Notes: generated by a model not told the origin, from the letters alone. Shown: positions 27,476 to 37,119, numbered from the stretch's first letter. The stretch: DNA of 45,319 bases from an uncultured Gammaproteobacteria bacterium (GCA_964364105.1 CAYILI010000002.1:1-45319); one strand, 5' to 3'. Program-made: numbers and translations.

Positions 27476-27531
27476 AAGACCTCAATAATTTGCCCTTTGG
27501 GGTGATATTTTTGTAAAATATACCTCAGTCC

Positions 27532-27568
27532 GCCGAAGTAACTCAGTGGTAGAGTAACTCTTTCGCCT
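27532..27568 (+). pseudogene. Truncated tRNA (5' half only, up to the anticodon loop)
   Basis: GCCGAAG-TA-ACTCAGTGGTAGAGT-A-ACTCT-TTCG aligns position by position with the 5' half of the adjacent tRNA-Thr. No anticodon 3' stem, T arm or acceptor 3' strand follows. Confidence 0.6.
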
Positions 27569-27578
27569 GCCCGCCATC

Positions 27579-27650
27579 GCCGACATAGCTCAGGGGCAGA
27601 GCAGCTGTTTCGTAAACAGCAGGTCGTTGGTTCGATTCCAACTGTCGGCT
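27579..27650 (+). tRNA. tRNA-Thr (anticodon CGU)
   Basis: Acceptor GCCGACA/TGTCGGC, D arm GCTCAGGGGCAGAGC, anticodon stem GCTGT/ACAGC with loop TTCGTAA, T arm GTTGG-TTCGATT-CCAAC. Confidence 0.9.
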
Positions 27651-27666
27651 CAAGATAAATAAAAAT

Positions 27667-28470
27667 ATGGATAAAGAAAATACAGATCCAATTGAAGAAA
27701 AAACAAAACCCATTGAACCACCTATAGTTGACGGAGATAAAAAATTGGAGGAAACTACTAATATGCCGAGAAGCTCTCGTCTTTCTAAGAAATTTCAAAA
27801 GAAATCCAGGAATACTTTAATTCTTAGTATTTTAGGAATTATTGCTATTCTTTTTCTTATGCTCAGATACGGACTTCCTTTAATTAGTGACGCTAGTTTT
27901 TTGTTTGGAAGAGTAACGAGCTCCCCTGACACGGAAAACAAAACTGAAGATAAAAGTTTTCTTGCTTCTCCTGACTTAGACACACTTCCCGAGGCTACTA
28001 AAGAAGAATTAGTTACAGTGACTGGTACTTCACTCGGCGGAGAAAAAGTCGCAATTTATTTAAATGGAAACTTAGAGGAAGAAGTAACTGTTAAAGATGG
28101 GTCCTTTGAGTATGAACTCAAACTTACAGACGGCGGAAATATTATAAAAGCTAAAGCCATAAAAGGAGAAATGGAAAGTGAATTCTCAAATTCTGTAAAT
28201 ATTTCATTAATTAAAGAGGGTCCTGAACTTTCCATCGATTCCCCGGGAGAAAATGCTGAGCTAAAAGGAGCAAACCCAATCGAAGTTAAAGGAAAAACTG
28301 ACGCAGATGTCACGGTTACAGTTAACGATTTTCAGGCTGTGTCATCAAGTGACGGATCGTATTCATATATGCTGACCCTAAAAGAAGGCGGAAATGAAAT
28401 AAAAGTGGTCGCAGTAGACTCAGCTGGTAACAAAACTGAAAAAACTATCCGCGCGAATTATTCTCGGTGA
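27667..28470 (+). CDS. Membrane-anchored protein with two Ig-like repeats
   Basis: One TM helix (LILSILGIIAILFLML), then two similar ~80-aa modules (..GSFEYELKLTDGGNIIKAKA.. / ..GSYSYMLTLKEGGNEIKVVAVD..). Confidence 0.55.
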   Translation: MDKENTDPIEEKTKPIEPPIVDGDKKLEETTNMPRSSRLSKKFQKKSRNTLILSILGIIAILFLMLRYGLPLISDASFLFGRVTSSPDTENKTEDKSFLASPDLDTLPEATKEELVTVTGTSLGGEKVAIYLNGNLEEEVTVKDGSFEYELKLTDGGNIIKAKAIKGEMESEFSNSVNISLIKEGPELSIDSPGENAELKGANPIEVKGKTDADVTVTVNDFQAVSSSDGSYSYMLTLKEGGNEIKVVAVDSAGNKTEKTIRANYSR

Positions 28471-29630
28471 CCACTGCTCTCGGTAAGTCCAATAACTATC
28501 CACATCCAGATCATTATAAAACTGTAAAAAAGACTATTCAGTAAAAAGCTGTTGGCAATTAACCCCGCTAAAGATATGACTAAAATCCAGGCATATGGAT
28601 TTTTCTTTAGGTTGTTCAAGCCTAGCTTAAATATCTTGTATAAAAGAAGCATATATGCTAAAAATCCTGGAATTCCAGCAGTTGCCAGAATCAGAGCAAA
28701 ACTATTATCAGACCCGGCCCCTGCGTGACTTGGATATTCTACCCAGTCTTTTTGGATGTAACGGTCCCGGGCATATCTAAAATTGTTAAACCCTACTCCA
28801 AATACTGGATTTTTTTCGAAAACAAACAAAGTCTGCTTGGTATTTTCGATTCTCTGAGCGAGTGATGGCATTCTGAATAAATCAGTGTTCACTGTATGGA
28901 AATTTGGAGAAAGGGCAATGGTAATTAAGACTAAAACTCCGATCAAACCCCCGATCAACTTATAATTTTTGTTTAGCAAACTATAAGTAAAAGTGCTGAC
29001 TAAAAGCATTAAAATCGCACCTCTGGAATAGGTTAAAATCAATGCAATAAAACTTACGAGAAGCAATCCATAATACGTGTATTTATTTTTAAACTTCTGG
29101 AAGTAAATAAAAATAATAAATAAAACTATAAATACTCCAGCAAAATTAGGATCTAAAAATGAGGAAAAAAGTCTATAAAGATGATCATCCCAACCCAGAT
29201 AATATAAATTTTTAAGACTGGGGTAGTAAAGATATTGGATAAAACCAAATAAAAGAATAAAGATTCCGGATACTAACATGTAAGATTTAATATTCCTCAA
29301 ATATTTTTTTCCTATATCTACAAAGACAAAATATAACGAAGCATAAAGTGACCACCTGATTAGATATAAAAGCCCAACTTTTATTTGCACGATGTCAAAA
29401 TTTCCTAAATTATAAATTTGCGACAAAATACAAACTATTAAAAACAAGATTATTGGAATTTTTAATTTATATTTGCTTTTTTTAACGAAAAAAATCCACG
29501 AGATTACAATTCCCAAAATTACAATGTCGATAAAACCTACAGAAATTGACTTACCTAATTGAAGTCTTAAAAGCTCTGCAAAAGTAAAAATTATAAAAAA
29601 TATTGGAAGCAAAAATTTCAGTAATACCAT
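28458..29630 (-). CDS. O-antigen ligase (Wzy_C) family membrane protein
   Basis: 390 aa, polytopic, with the LTYSRGAILMLLVS motif typical of O-antigen ligase/polymerase-like proteins. Confidence 0.7.
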   Translation of the reverse strand: MVLLKFLLPIFFIIFTFAELLRLQLGKSISVGFIDIVILGIVISWIFFVKKSKYKLKIPIILFLIVCILSQIYNLGNFDIVQIKVGLLYLIRWSLYASLYFVFVDIGKKYLRNIKSYMLVSGIFILLFGFIQYLYYPSLKNLYYLGWDDHLYRLFSSFLDPNFAGVFIVLFIIFIYFQKFKNKYTYYGLLLVSFIALILTYSRGAILMLLVSTFTYSLLNKNYKLIGGLIGVLVLITIALSPNFHTVNTDLFRMPSLAQRIENTKQTLFVFEKNPVFGVGFNNFRYARDRYIQKDWVEYPSHAGAGSDNSFALILATAGIPGFLAYMLLLYKIFKLGLNNLKKNPYAWILVISLAGLIANSFLLNSLFYSFIMIWMWIVIGLTESSGHRE

Positions 29631-31180
29631 AATTCTTTGTTGTTAGTATACACGGAGACGTTAGTCAAGTTATTCCGGTGAACTAATTTCCAGTATGAAA
29701 ATCTTCCGGGAAGTTCCGCATTCTGGGTAGCAATGTAATTAAATTTATCACCTTTCTTTACATAGCTTTCATGAATAAATGGAAAATCAACATAATATAA
29801 ATTATGAAATCCGAAAAGCAAAACTTTATCCGTGGGCTTTATGTTTTCCGCAAACCATCCGTTGGTGTCATAAAAATCTCCAAAATTAAAATTAAGATTT
29901 TTAGTTAAGAATTCACTCTTAGATTCTTGACCTAAAACGACAGGTAAATATCTGACATTTGCTACTGCCCTGTACCCGATCGTAACTACAAACACGAAAA
30001 GCACAATACCAATCAAATACTTTTTAAGATTTTTGTCATTTGTATAATGAATTACCGCTCCTGCGAGAATTGAGAATGCCGGCAAATACGGCAGGATAAA
30101 CCTCCCACCTCCGGTTTTAGGAGTAATTAACCAAATAATTAAAGCAATTAATGAGTAGACAGTTACAATTTTTAATTCTTTTCGCATTTTTTTAAAATAA
30201 ATAACTATCAACGGAAGGAAAATGAGATAAATTGGAGAAATTGGATCAGCAGATCTTAGAAATAAATTTATTAAGTCATTTATTGGATTCAAGAAGCTCC
30301 CTTCCAGTGGATATCCGCTAAAAATTGGGTAAATTGGATTCCCTGTCGTTATAAATGCATAAAAGAACCATGGAAGTGCTACTAAAAGTGCTACAGAACC
30401 AAACAGCAGTGAATTTTTTAAAGCAAGCTTTCTATCTTTTTCTAAATAGAAAATTAATAATCCAAAAATCGGTATACTTCCTAAGGCAATAAGCTTTACG
30501 CAGACCGCAAGTCCAACCAAAACTGAGGATTCTATCAGCATTGACGTTTTCCTTGTCTTAAGGAACTCTAAAAAGCCCCAAAGAGCCATAACTTCAAAGA
30601 AGGACCTTATTAAATCTACATAAGCGACCGTTGACTGCCATGCGACCACCAAACTCCCATAAAAAACGAGCACTGAAAGCATCGAAATTTTCTCGTCAAA
30701 ATATTTTCTGGAAATCTTGTAGACACATATGCTCGTTAAAATGCCAAATCCCCACTGAATTAGTTTTGGAATAATTTCGGATCCTGTCAAAAGCCCCGGA
30801 ATAAACAACATTTCCCCAAGCTTCGGCATGACAGAATAGTAAAAAAGTCCGCCATTTATATAAAACAGTCTTCCTTCTTCTATGAAAATCTTTGGAATTG
30901 TTAAGTGATACCAAAGAGCGTCAAAAGAAAGCTCTGGTGCTAGCGCTCCAACTAAATTTACTAGCGTAAGAACACCGAATAATGCTAAAAACGGCCTTAT
31001 TTTTTTATTTTTAAGATTCAATTTCGGCAAATCTTCTTTATGTTTCTTGAAATATAAATAGGCTCCCGCAATAAATATTAAAGAGGAAACTAAAACAGGT
31101 CCACGAGTTAAAGCTCCTAAAATTCCCAGAGAAAAAATAATATAACTATAGATTCCGATTAGAAAGGCTAGGGCAAACAT
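29618..31180 (-). CDS. Large polytopic membrane protein, ArnT/PMT-like (GT-C fold) candidate
   Basis: 520 aa. About 12 TM segments followed by a soluble C-terminal domain, an architecture shared with neighbouring paralogs. Confidence 0.5.
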   Translation of the reverse strand: MFALAFLIGIYSYIIFSLGILGALTRGPVLVSSLIFIAGAYLYFKKHKEDLPKLNLKNKKIRPFLALFGVLTLVNLVGALAPELSFDALWYHLTIPKIFIEEGRLFYINGGLFYYSVMPKLGEMLFIPGLLTGSEIIPKLIQWGFGILTSICVYKISRKYFDEKISMLSVLVFYGSLVVAWQSTVAYVDLIRSFFEVMALWGFLEFLKTRKTSMLIESSVLVGLAVCVKLIALGSIPIFGLLIFYLEKDRKLALKNSLLFGSVALLVALPWFFYAFITTGNPIYPIFSGYPLEGSFLNPINDLINLFLRSADPISPIYLIFLPLIVIYFKKMRKELKIVTVYSLIALIIWLITPKTGGGRFILPYLPAFSILAGAVIHYTNDKNLKKYLIGIVLFVFVVTIGYRAVANVRYLPVVLGQESKSEFLTKNLNFNFGDFYDTNGWFAENIKPTDKVLLFGFHNLYYVDFPFIHESYVKKGDKFNYIATQNAELPGRFSYWKLVHRNNLTNVSVYTNNKELWYY

Positions 31181-31253
31181 ATTCCTCCTCTACAAAGAAG
31201 TGAAATTAAGTAGTGGACAAGAACCAGAACAGAAAAAGCTACGAAAAATGGAG

Positions 31254-32015
31254 TTAGTCTTTTTGCCATAAAAGCCACAGCTTTCCCCGGACAAGAAAAG
31301 AATGAAAGCTCATAAGTGTTGCATGAACTAGACCCGGAATACCATCCAAAAATCCAAGTTTTATGAAATAGTTCACGATAAATTTGGCTTTTGGATATAA
31401 AATAATCGAAAGAGCATTTGCTCTAACACCTTTCTCCTTTAACTCTTGCGCCCTAAGATCTGTATAAAAATTAATTTCTCTTAAGAATTCAGAGATTGTA
31501 GGATGAGGATAATGCTTTATTGGGTTTACTAGAACTCCCACATTACTCTTTGTTTCCCAAGTTTCATGAACTTTTCCCCGCAGTTCTCCTTTATTTTTAT
31601 TAAAAAGTCTTAAAAGCTTAGTTCTCCCAGTTTCCCCATGCAACAGTTCTTTTCCCCAGATAAAATCACGTCTTGGAATTAAAAAACCGGAAAATTCATC
31701 AGAAATCCTTTCCTTTATTTCAGTTGCCAGATCAGAACTTATTCTTTCGTCTGCATCTACGAAAATTACCCAGTCGTTTTTAGTTTTTTCTACACCAAAT
31801 TTTCTTTGAGCGGAAAAATCCCCATCAAGACATCTTCTGAAGAACATTAGATTTGGGTGACTTTTTTCAAAAACCTCTATTAATTCTTTTGTGCGATCAG
31901 TAGAATTATCATCAATGATTATTATCTCTTCAGCAAATTTTAAAGCTTCTAGACAGTCTACGATATTTTTTTCTTCATTTTTTGTTAGAACTATAGCTGA
32001 GATTAGATAGGACAT
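31254..32015 (-). CDS. Family 2 glycosyltransferase
   Basis: SAIVLTKNEEKNIVDCLEAL..IIIIDDNSTDRT..FVDADE (DxD). Confidence 0.85.
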   Translation of the reverse strand: MSYLISAIVLTKNEEKNIVDCLEALKFAEEIIIIDDNSTDRTKELIEVFEKSHPNLMFFRRCLDGDFSAQRKFGVEKTKNDWVIFVDADERISSDLATEIKERISDEFSGFLIPRRDFIWGKELLHGETGRTKLLRLFNKNKGELRGKVHETWETKSNVGVLVNPIKHYPHPTISEFLREINFYTDLRAQELKEKGVRANALSIILYPKAKFIVNYFIKLGFLDGIPGLVHATLMSFHSFLVRGKLWLLWQKD

Positions 32016-32019
32016 AATT

Positions 32020-33471
32020 TTATTTTATCAGAACAATAGTCTTTTTTTCTGTTTTAGTAATATATATAGCTCCGTCCTCATATATATAATTTTCAGGCTT
32101 CCATTCTGTCGCATTATATATTCCATATTCAATCCTAGAATTAGCGTCTAACTTTCCACCCTTCCACCAGACTAAATATCTATAATGATTAATATCAATA
32201 TTTGACTTAAAATTTTTCCGCTCTAACTGGAATCTTTCGCCACCTGAGTCATTTACTATAAATTCAGAAGCTTGGATAAGTTTTTTTAAACCCCCAACCT
32301 CAGTTGACCTATATTCTTTTAATAAAAAATATGAATTTAACACTGAGACTACAATAATTATAAGGTATCCAACTTTCCGCTGATATTTTTTTAAGGCAAG
32401 TAAACTAACTGAAACTAAAATTACAAAATATGGAAATAACATCGTAAGGTATGCACCACTGCTTTCTCTTTGGGAAATAAACCCCCCAAACAAAACAAAG
32501 GAAGTAAAATAAAAAATCACATAATTTATTTTTAGCCCTTTTGTTTTATAAAGTTTATAAAAAAGTAAGATATTAAGAACTATTACAGTTACTAAAATTA
32601 AGGACGATACATCTTCACTTCGATAAAAAAATATTCGTCTAAATTCGTAAAGAAAAAAGGTTATAAAACTTTCCCAACTAGGATGCGGGTCTTGCGGAAT
32701 TATTTTAATTCCTACACTTCCCAGCGCTTGGAAAAATAACCATCCCGCAAATTTTATTGTTTGAAAAAATCCATTCTTGAAATCATAAATTAAAATTGGA
32801 ATCATTGGAGTTAATGCAGCAACGGATAAAAAAATAGTTCTCTTGTTAAATATTTTTGCCCATTTTTTCTTTTTCCAAATTCCATAAAAAAGAAACATAA
32901 ACAAAATTATCGGAAATAAAACTGTCGCAAGTTCAAAGTTATATAAAAGCGCACAAATAAAAATAGCTACTGGAAAATAAATTGTTTTTCCTTTTACAAA
33001 TCTAAAAAATGCCAAGATAAAAAGAATGGAAAGAAGCGGAATTGGAGACGTATGATAAGGCATTCTGGAATAAATTATTATAAGTGGGGAAGTCGCATAA
33101 AGAACTCCCGAAACTATTGCGGTTTCTTTTGAAAATAAATCTTTACAAACTTTATATATAACTAGAATTGTTAGTAAATCCAAAAGAACTGAAAAATATC
33201 CTGCATGTACAGGATTAAAATTCCCTATCCATAAAATCCCGGCAAGTATATAAGTCCAAATGGGTCCCTGATGAAGCCAAGTGTGAGAAGATGTTATTCC
33301 AACTAGCGGAATATTTCCATTCACCAGTAAATCTTTAGCGGAAATAAAAAACCACCCTTGATCAGAAATCATATTCATCTGGTCTGAGATTGCATAAAAC
33401 CTAAGGAAACCTCCAAATAACAAAACCAAAATTAAAAATATAAATTCTTTTTTCCTTAATAAATTAATCAT
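32020..33471 (-). CDS. ArnT/PMT-like (GT-C fold) membrane glycosyltransferase candidate
   Basis: 483 aa, polytopic. The N-terminal region is paralogous to the decayed gene at 34665..36258 (..NIPLVGITSSHTWLHQGPIWTYIL..). Confidence 0.6.
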   Translation of the reverse strand: MINLLRKKEFIFLILVLLFGGFLRFYAISDQMNMISDQGWFFISAKDLLVNGNIPLVGITSSHTWLHQGPIWTYILAGILWIGNFNPVHAGYFSVLLDLLTILVIYKVCKDLFSKETAIVSGVLYATSPLIIIYSRMPYHTSPIPLLSILFILAFFRFVKGKTIYFPVAIFICALLYNFELATVLFPIILFMFLFYGIWKKKKWAKIFNKRTIFLSVAALTPMIPILIYDFKNGFFQTIKFAGWLFFQALGSVGIKIIPQDPHPSWESFITFFLYEFRRIFFYRSEDVSSLILVTVIVLNILLFYKLYKTKGLKINYVIFYFTSFVLFGGFISQRESSGAYLTMLFPYFVILVSVSLLALKKYQRKVGYLIIIVVSVLNSYFLLKEYRSTEVGGLKKLIQASEFIVNDSGGERFQLERKNFKSNIDINHYRYLVWWKGGKLDANSRIEYGIYNATEWKPENYIYEDGAIYITKTEKKTIVLIK

Positions 33472-34567
33472 TTATGATTTGCTTAAAAAGCTTAGTTAAT
33501 TCATTAACGTTTCTGTCCCAATTATAGTTCTTTTTCATATGTATTCTTCCCCTTATTCCCATTTGCCTAAACACTTTATCGTTTTTTAAAAGATACTTTA
33601 TCTTTCTTGCAATAATCTTAGGATCTTTTGGGACCAAATAACCCGTAACCCCATCTATAACTGTTTCTTTATATCCTCCTTCATTTACCGCTATCACTGG
33701 AACACTACAACTCATTGCATCAAGCGGCGTAAGACCAAAGGGTTCATTATGGCCGAGACTCAAGACAATTTTTGAACTCTGATATAAATGCCTTAGCTCA
33801 TTAATATCCGTTACCCATTCTATGTCTCCTAAAATTTTTTTTATTATTATTTCTTTTGGCAGTATCTTTTCTACCTCTAAAAGAGTCGGGTATCCTTCAA
33901 GGAGATGGGACGAACCAATAAATAAAACGTCATATTTCTTTTTTGTTTTCGATGGAACAAAAAAATTTGAGTCAACACCATATGGAATGCTTTTACTTTT
34001 TAGTCCGTAAGTTTTTTTAATCATTTCTACTTCATACTTTGAACCGGTAATTATCTTATCCGCCGATTTAATATTAATTAAATCTAAATTTTTTCTAATA
34101 AATCTATTTGTTTTTTCGTAAAATGTTCTAAAAAGATCAAGATTTTTAGGAATTCCCAAAATCGGTTCATAAATAAATCTGTAATTGGTATTATGACAAA
34201 AGAGTACTTTATTTTTATTTTTAAATAGAAGAATAAATGGTGCCTCTATGTACTTAGAACCATTAACAAATAAAATATCGTAATCTTTTTTTCTAATTTC
34301 TCCAGCAATTTTTTTATGAAGTAAAAACAGCTTAAATAACTCTACGGAATCTTTATAGATTCTTGTTTTCCAATTATTTCCCTTCCATTTTTTTGATTTA
34401 AATTTATAAACAAATGTATTCGTATAATACTTTTCATAATTAAATTTGTTATTTTCCTGCGTCGTATATAAATCGACTATATGATCTTTTTTAAGTCTAA
34501 TCGCCATTTCATTTATGACTTTTAATGCTCCTCCCTCTGGAAGTTCATGAAATACTGCAATTCTCAT
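33464..34567 (-). CDS. Family 4 (GT-B) glycosyltransferase
   Basis: EPFGLTPLDAMSCSVPVIAVNEGGYKETV (E-x7-E type motif). Confidence 0.85.
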   Translation of the reverse strand: MRIAVFHELPEGGALKVINEMAIRLKKDHIVDLYTTQENNKFNYEKYYTNTFVYKFKSKKWKGNNWKTRIYKDSVELFKLFLLHKKIAGEIRKKDYDILFVNGSKYIEAPFILLFKNKNKVLFCHNTNYRFIYEPILGIPKNLDLFRTFYEKTNRFIRKNLDLINIKSADKIITGSKYEVEMIKKTYGLKSKSIPYGVDSNFFVPSKTKKKYDVLFIGSSHLLEGYPTLLEVEKILPKEIIIKKILGDIEWVTDINELRHLYQSSKIVLSLGHNEPFGLTPLDAMSCSVPVIAVNEGGYKETVIDGVTGYLVPKDPKIIARKIKYLLKNDKVFRQMGIRGRIHMKKNYNWDRNVNELTKLFKQIIND

Positions 34568-34664
34568 AAATATGTATCTGAACTATACAAGATGCTTATT
34601 TACTGGTCAATGATTTATTAGAAATATCTCTATTAAGATCCTAAAAAAATAATATACTTACCAT

Positions 34665-36258
34665 GTGAAAAAACGGACCCCAAAAAATAAAATTTCCCTT
34701 ATTACATTTCTTTTCTTAATTTATTCAACAATTCTTTTTCTACCTAGACTAATTTCTTTTCTTACTAAGTCTGATTATTTTAATGGAGATTTTGCATTTT
34801 ATTATTTTCTGACAAAAGACATTGTCATAAACCACAATCTCCCACTACTGGGGCATGTTGTGGGTGAAATAGGTGGTTTTGCTCAAGGACCTCTATGGAG
34901 TTATTTACTTGTGCCATTTTTCATAATTTTTAATGGAGATCCAATTGGCGGAAAACTATTTATGTTTTTAATAAGCTTATTAATTTATTTTACTGGCGTT
35001 TTATTTGCATGAAAAAAACTTGGAAAACTTGAAGGAATATTTATAGCATTCTTCTTAGGTTCATCACCATACCTAATAAAATGGACAAATCTCGCATGGC
35101 CGCCTTACATCGTACCGTTCTTAATGATTTTATATTTTCTATTTTTATATTTATTTTTATCTAAAAAAGAAAATAAATATTTTTATGCTTCTTCACTTTC
35201 GCTTAGCTTAATGGCGTATTTTGAAATTGCTTCTCTAGGATTATTGTTACCAAGTTTTATTTTTATTCTGTTTTATTTTGTCTATAGAAAATTACTAAAT
35301 CTTAAATCAACTACAACTTCTCTAATTATTTTTTCAATTTCTTTTATTCCACATTTAATCTACGATCTTACCCATAATTTTTATAACACGAGAGGATTTT
35401 TATCCATTTTATTTGGAACAAAAAATTCGGAGAGCTATCCAATTCTCTTAGTGCTGCAGGATAGGCTTCATCTTATTAAAACGGACCTTTCTGCTGTGTT
35501 CTCAATACATGACTACAAAATTCTCCTTATATTTTTTGTTTTTTTAATTTTTGGTTTATATATGTATTTTAAAGATAGGAAAATTAAAATCTGGAAAAAA
35601 ATCTTCATAGCAAATTTTTTGGTTATTATTTGTACTACATTTATTGGATTAATTCTAATTCCTGTTGAACGAGCATCTTTTTGGTGGATTACATATTTAA
35701 CGATTACATACATTTTCATTAGCGGAATCATTTTGGGATATATGTTTAGAAAAAATATTTTATTTAAATTAATTATTTCACTAATTTTTTTAATTTCCAT
35801 ATACTCATTTTTCCAAAATGCAAACTCTTTAATTAATATTTATCAACAGTATAAGAATTTTAAAAATGAAATAAGAGTTCAGGATCCAATTGAATACATT
35901 TACCTAGATTCAAAAAATAAACCTTTCAATGTAATTTTTTTGACAGGAGGAGAAAAAAATAATTGACTATAAGTATATGTTTTCGCAAATTGGAAAAAAA
36001 CATAATACTTATTTTTATCCAACCAACATTGATCCAAGCTTTACTTCTGGAGGAGGTAAACCAGTTTATATAAAAGAAATTAAACAATTCGATAATTTAA
36101 GTAGTGGAACCTATTACATGGTAATCTCAAATCGATCGCTTGAAAGTGGATACGCAAAAAGAATATTAGATAGAAACAATTTTGGTGAAATAATTTACAC
36201 CAAAAGAATAAGTGACGAGTATGAAGGTTTTACAATTCAAAAAAGAATTTTAAACTAA
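34665..36258 (+). pseudogene. Disrupted ArnT/PMT-like membrane glycosyltransferase paralog
   Basis: Track ORFs 34665..35012 and 35124..35966 are in the same frame, separated only by TGA at 35010..35012. ORF 35977..36258 becomes contiguous after a 1-nt shift inside the A7 run at 35953..35959. Confidence 0.55.
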
Positions 36259-37119
36259 AAGCTTTCTTAACTTTCTTAAAAATTTAACTCTTAAAAAATG
36301 CCTAAGTTCCAATACGTGAAGTGGGAAATTATTTGGTTTTGTCTCTTTATTATTTAATAAAAGATCCCCAAACTTATCCTGATTATTTATTACATATTTT
36401 GGAAGCGTATTTATATCCACTGGTTTAAATTTCCATCCAAATCCAAATGGATCCTTTCCTTCAATCATCGCTTTTTTAATTCTTTCAGGCGTATTGTATT
36501 TATCATTGTTATATTCTTGATGAGAAAAAGAAGCAATCTTAAGTTGGATTTTTTTAATGTCCCCAATATAAGACATATGCCATCCCCCATCGGGAATTTC
36601 TAGATCAATGGGCATAAACCTCGCAGCATAAACACTTGGAAAATGCTTTAAGTCTTTATATAAAAACATCATTGTTCCAGGCCATAATCCCCTATTCTTG
36701 CTGACATTGTTTAAGTAATAATAAGACATTTCTTGCATAAAAGTTTTATGTCTTCCAGGCTTATCTTTCCATTTAAGAATTTCTTCTGGTTTGGGAATTT
36801 CATCTACGCATGACACAAGAACTATGTCATTTGACTTAGAGTTTTTCGGAAGACCTCTTACAACACTCCCTAATTGATGCGCTTCAATTATCCATGGATT
36901 AGTAACATTTGGACTATCATCAATCACGACATGGATTATTTTGTGTAAGAATTTTTTATATTTTTTTTTGTTATCTGAAAAAAATAATGGCTTTTTCTTA
37001 TTTGTAAATGTAACAGTTGATTCAACTAAAATAAATTTGTCGACAACTGAATCTAATTCATTAAGCCTAATGTCTAAAAGCTCAAACTCATTATAAAAAT
37101 TAAAACAGTCGTAAATCAT
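36250..37119 (-). CDS. Family 17 glycosyltransferase-like protein
   Basis: MIYDCFNFYNEFELLDIRLNELDSVVDKFILVES..TF resembles the GT17 (beta-1,4-mannosyl-glycoprotein GlcNAc-transferase) N-terminal signature. Confidence 0.65.
   Translation of the reverse strand: MIYDCFNFYNEFELLDIRLNELDSVVDKFILVESTVTFTNKKKPLFFSDNKKKYKKFLHKIIHVVIDDSPNVTNPWIIEAHQLGSVVRGLPKNSKSNDIVLVSCVDEIPKPEEILKWKDKPGRHKTFMQEMSYYYLNNVSKNRGLWPGTMMFLYKDLKHFPSVYAARFMPIDLEIPDGGWHMSYIGDIKKIQLKIASFSHQEYNNDKYNTPERIKKAMIEGKDPFGFGWKFKPVDINTLPKYVINNQDKFGDLLLNNKETKPNNFPLHVLELRHFLRVKFLRKLRKLLV

Noticed and set aside
27491-27505. GCCCTTTGGGGTGAT as a fourth copy of the RAYT REP core.
   Set aside because: It matches CACCCTTGGGGTG only with an extra T and different flanks. 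That is too weak to call without a genome-wide motif model.
27460-27798. 112-aa minus-strand track ORF.
   Set aside because: It overlaps tRNA-Thr, the half-tRNA and the start of the plus-strand Ig-like protein gene. It is almost certainly spurious.
35010-35012. The in-frame TGA might mean UGA is recoded (Gracilibacteria/SR1-type code 25) or encodes selenocysteine.
   Set aside because: TGA terminates polX, murT, gatD and gatA at the lengths expected for those families. No SECIS-like hairpin is evident. The same gene also has a frameshift, so decay or an error is more parsimonious.
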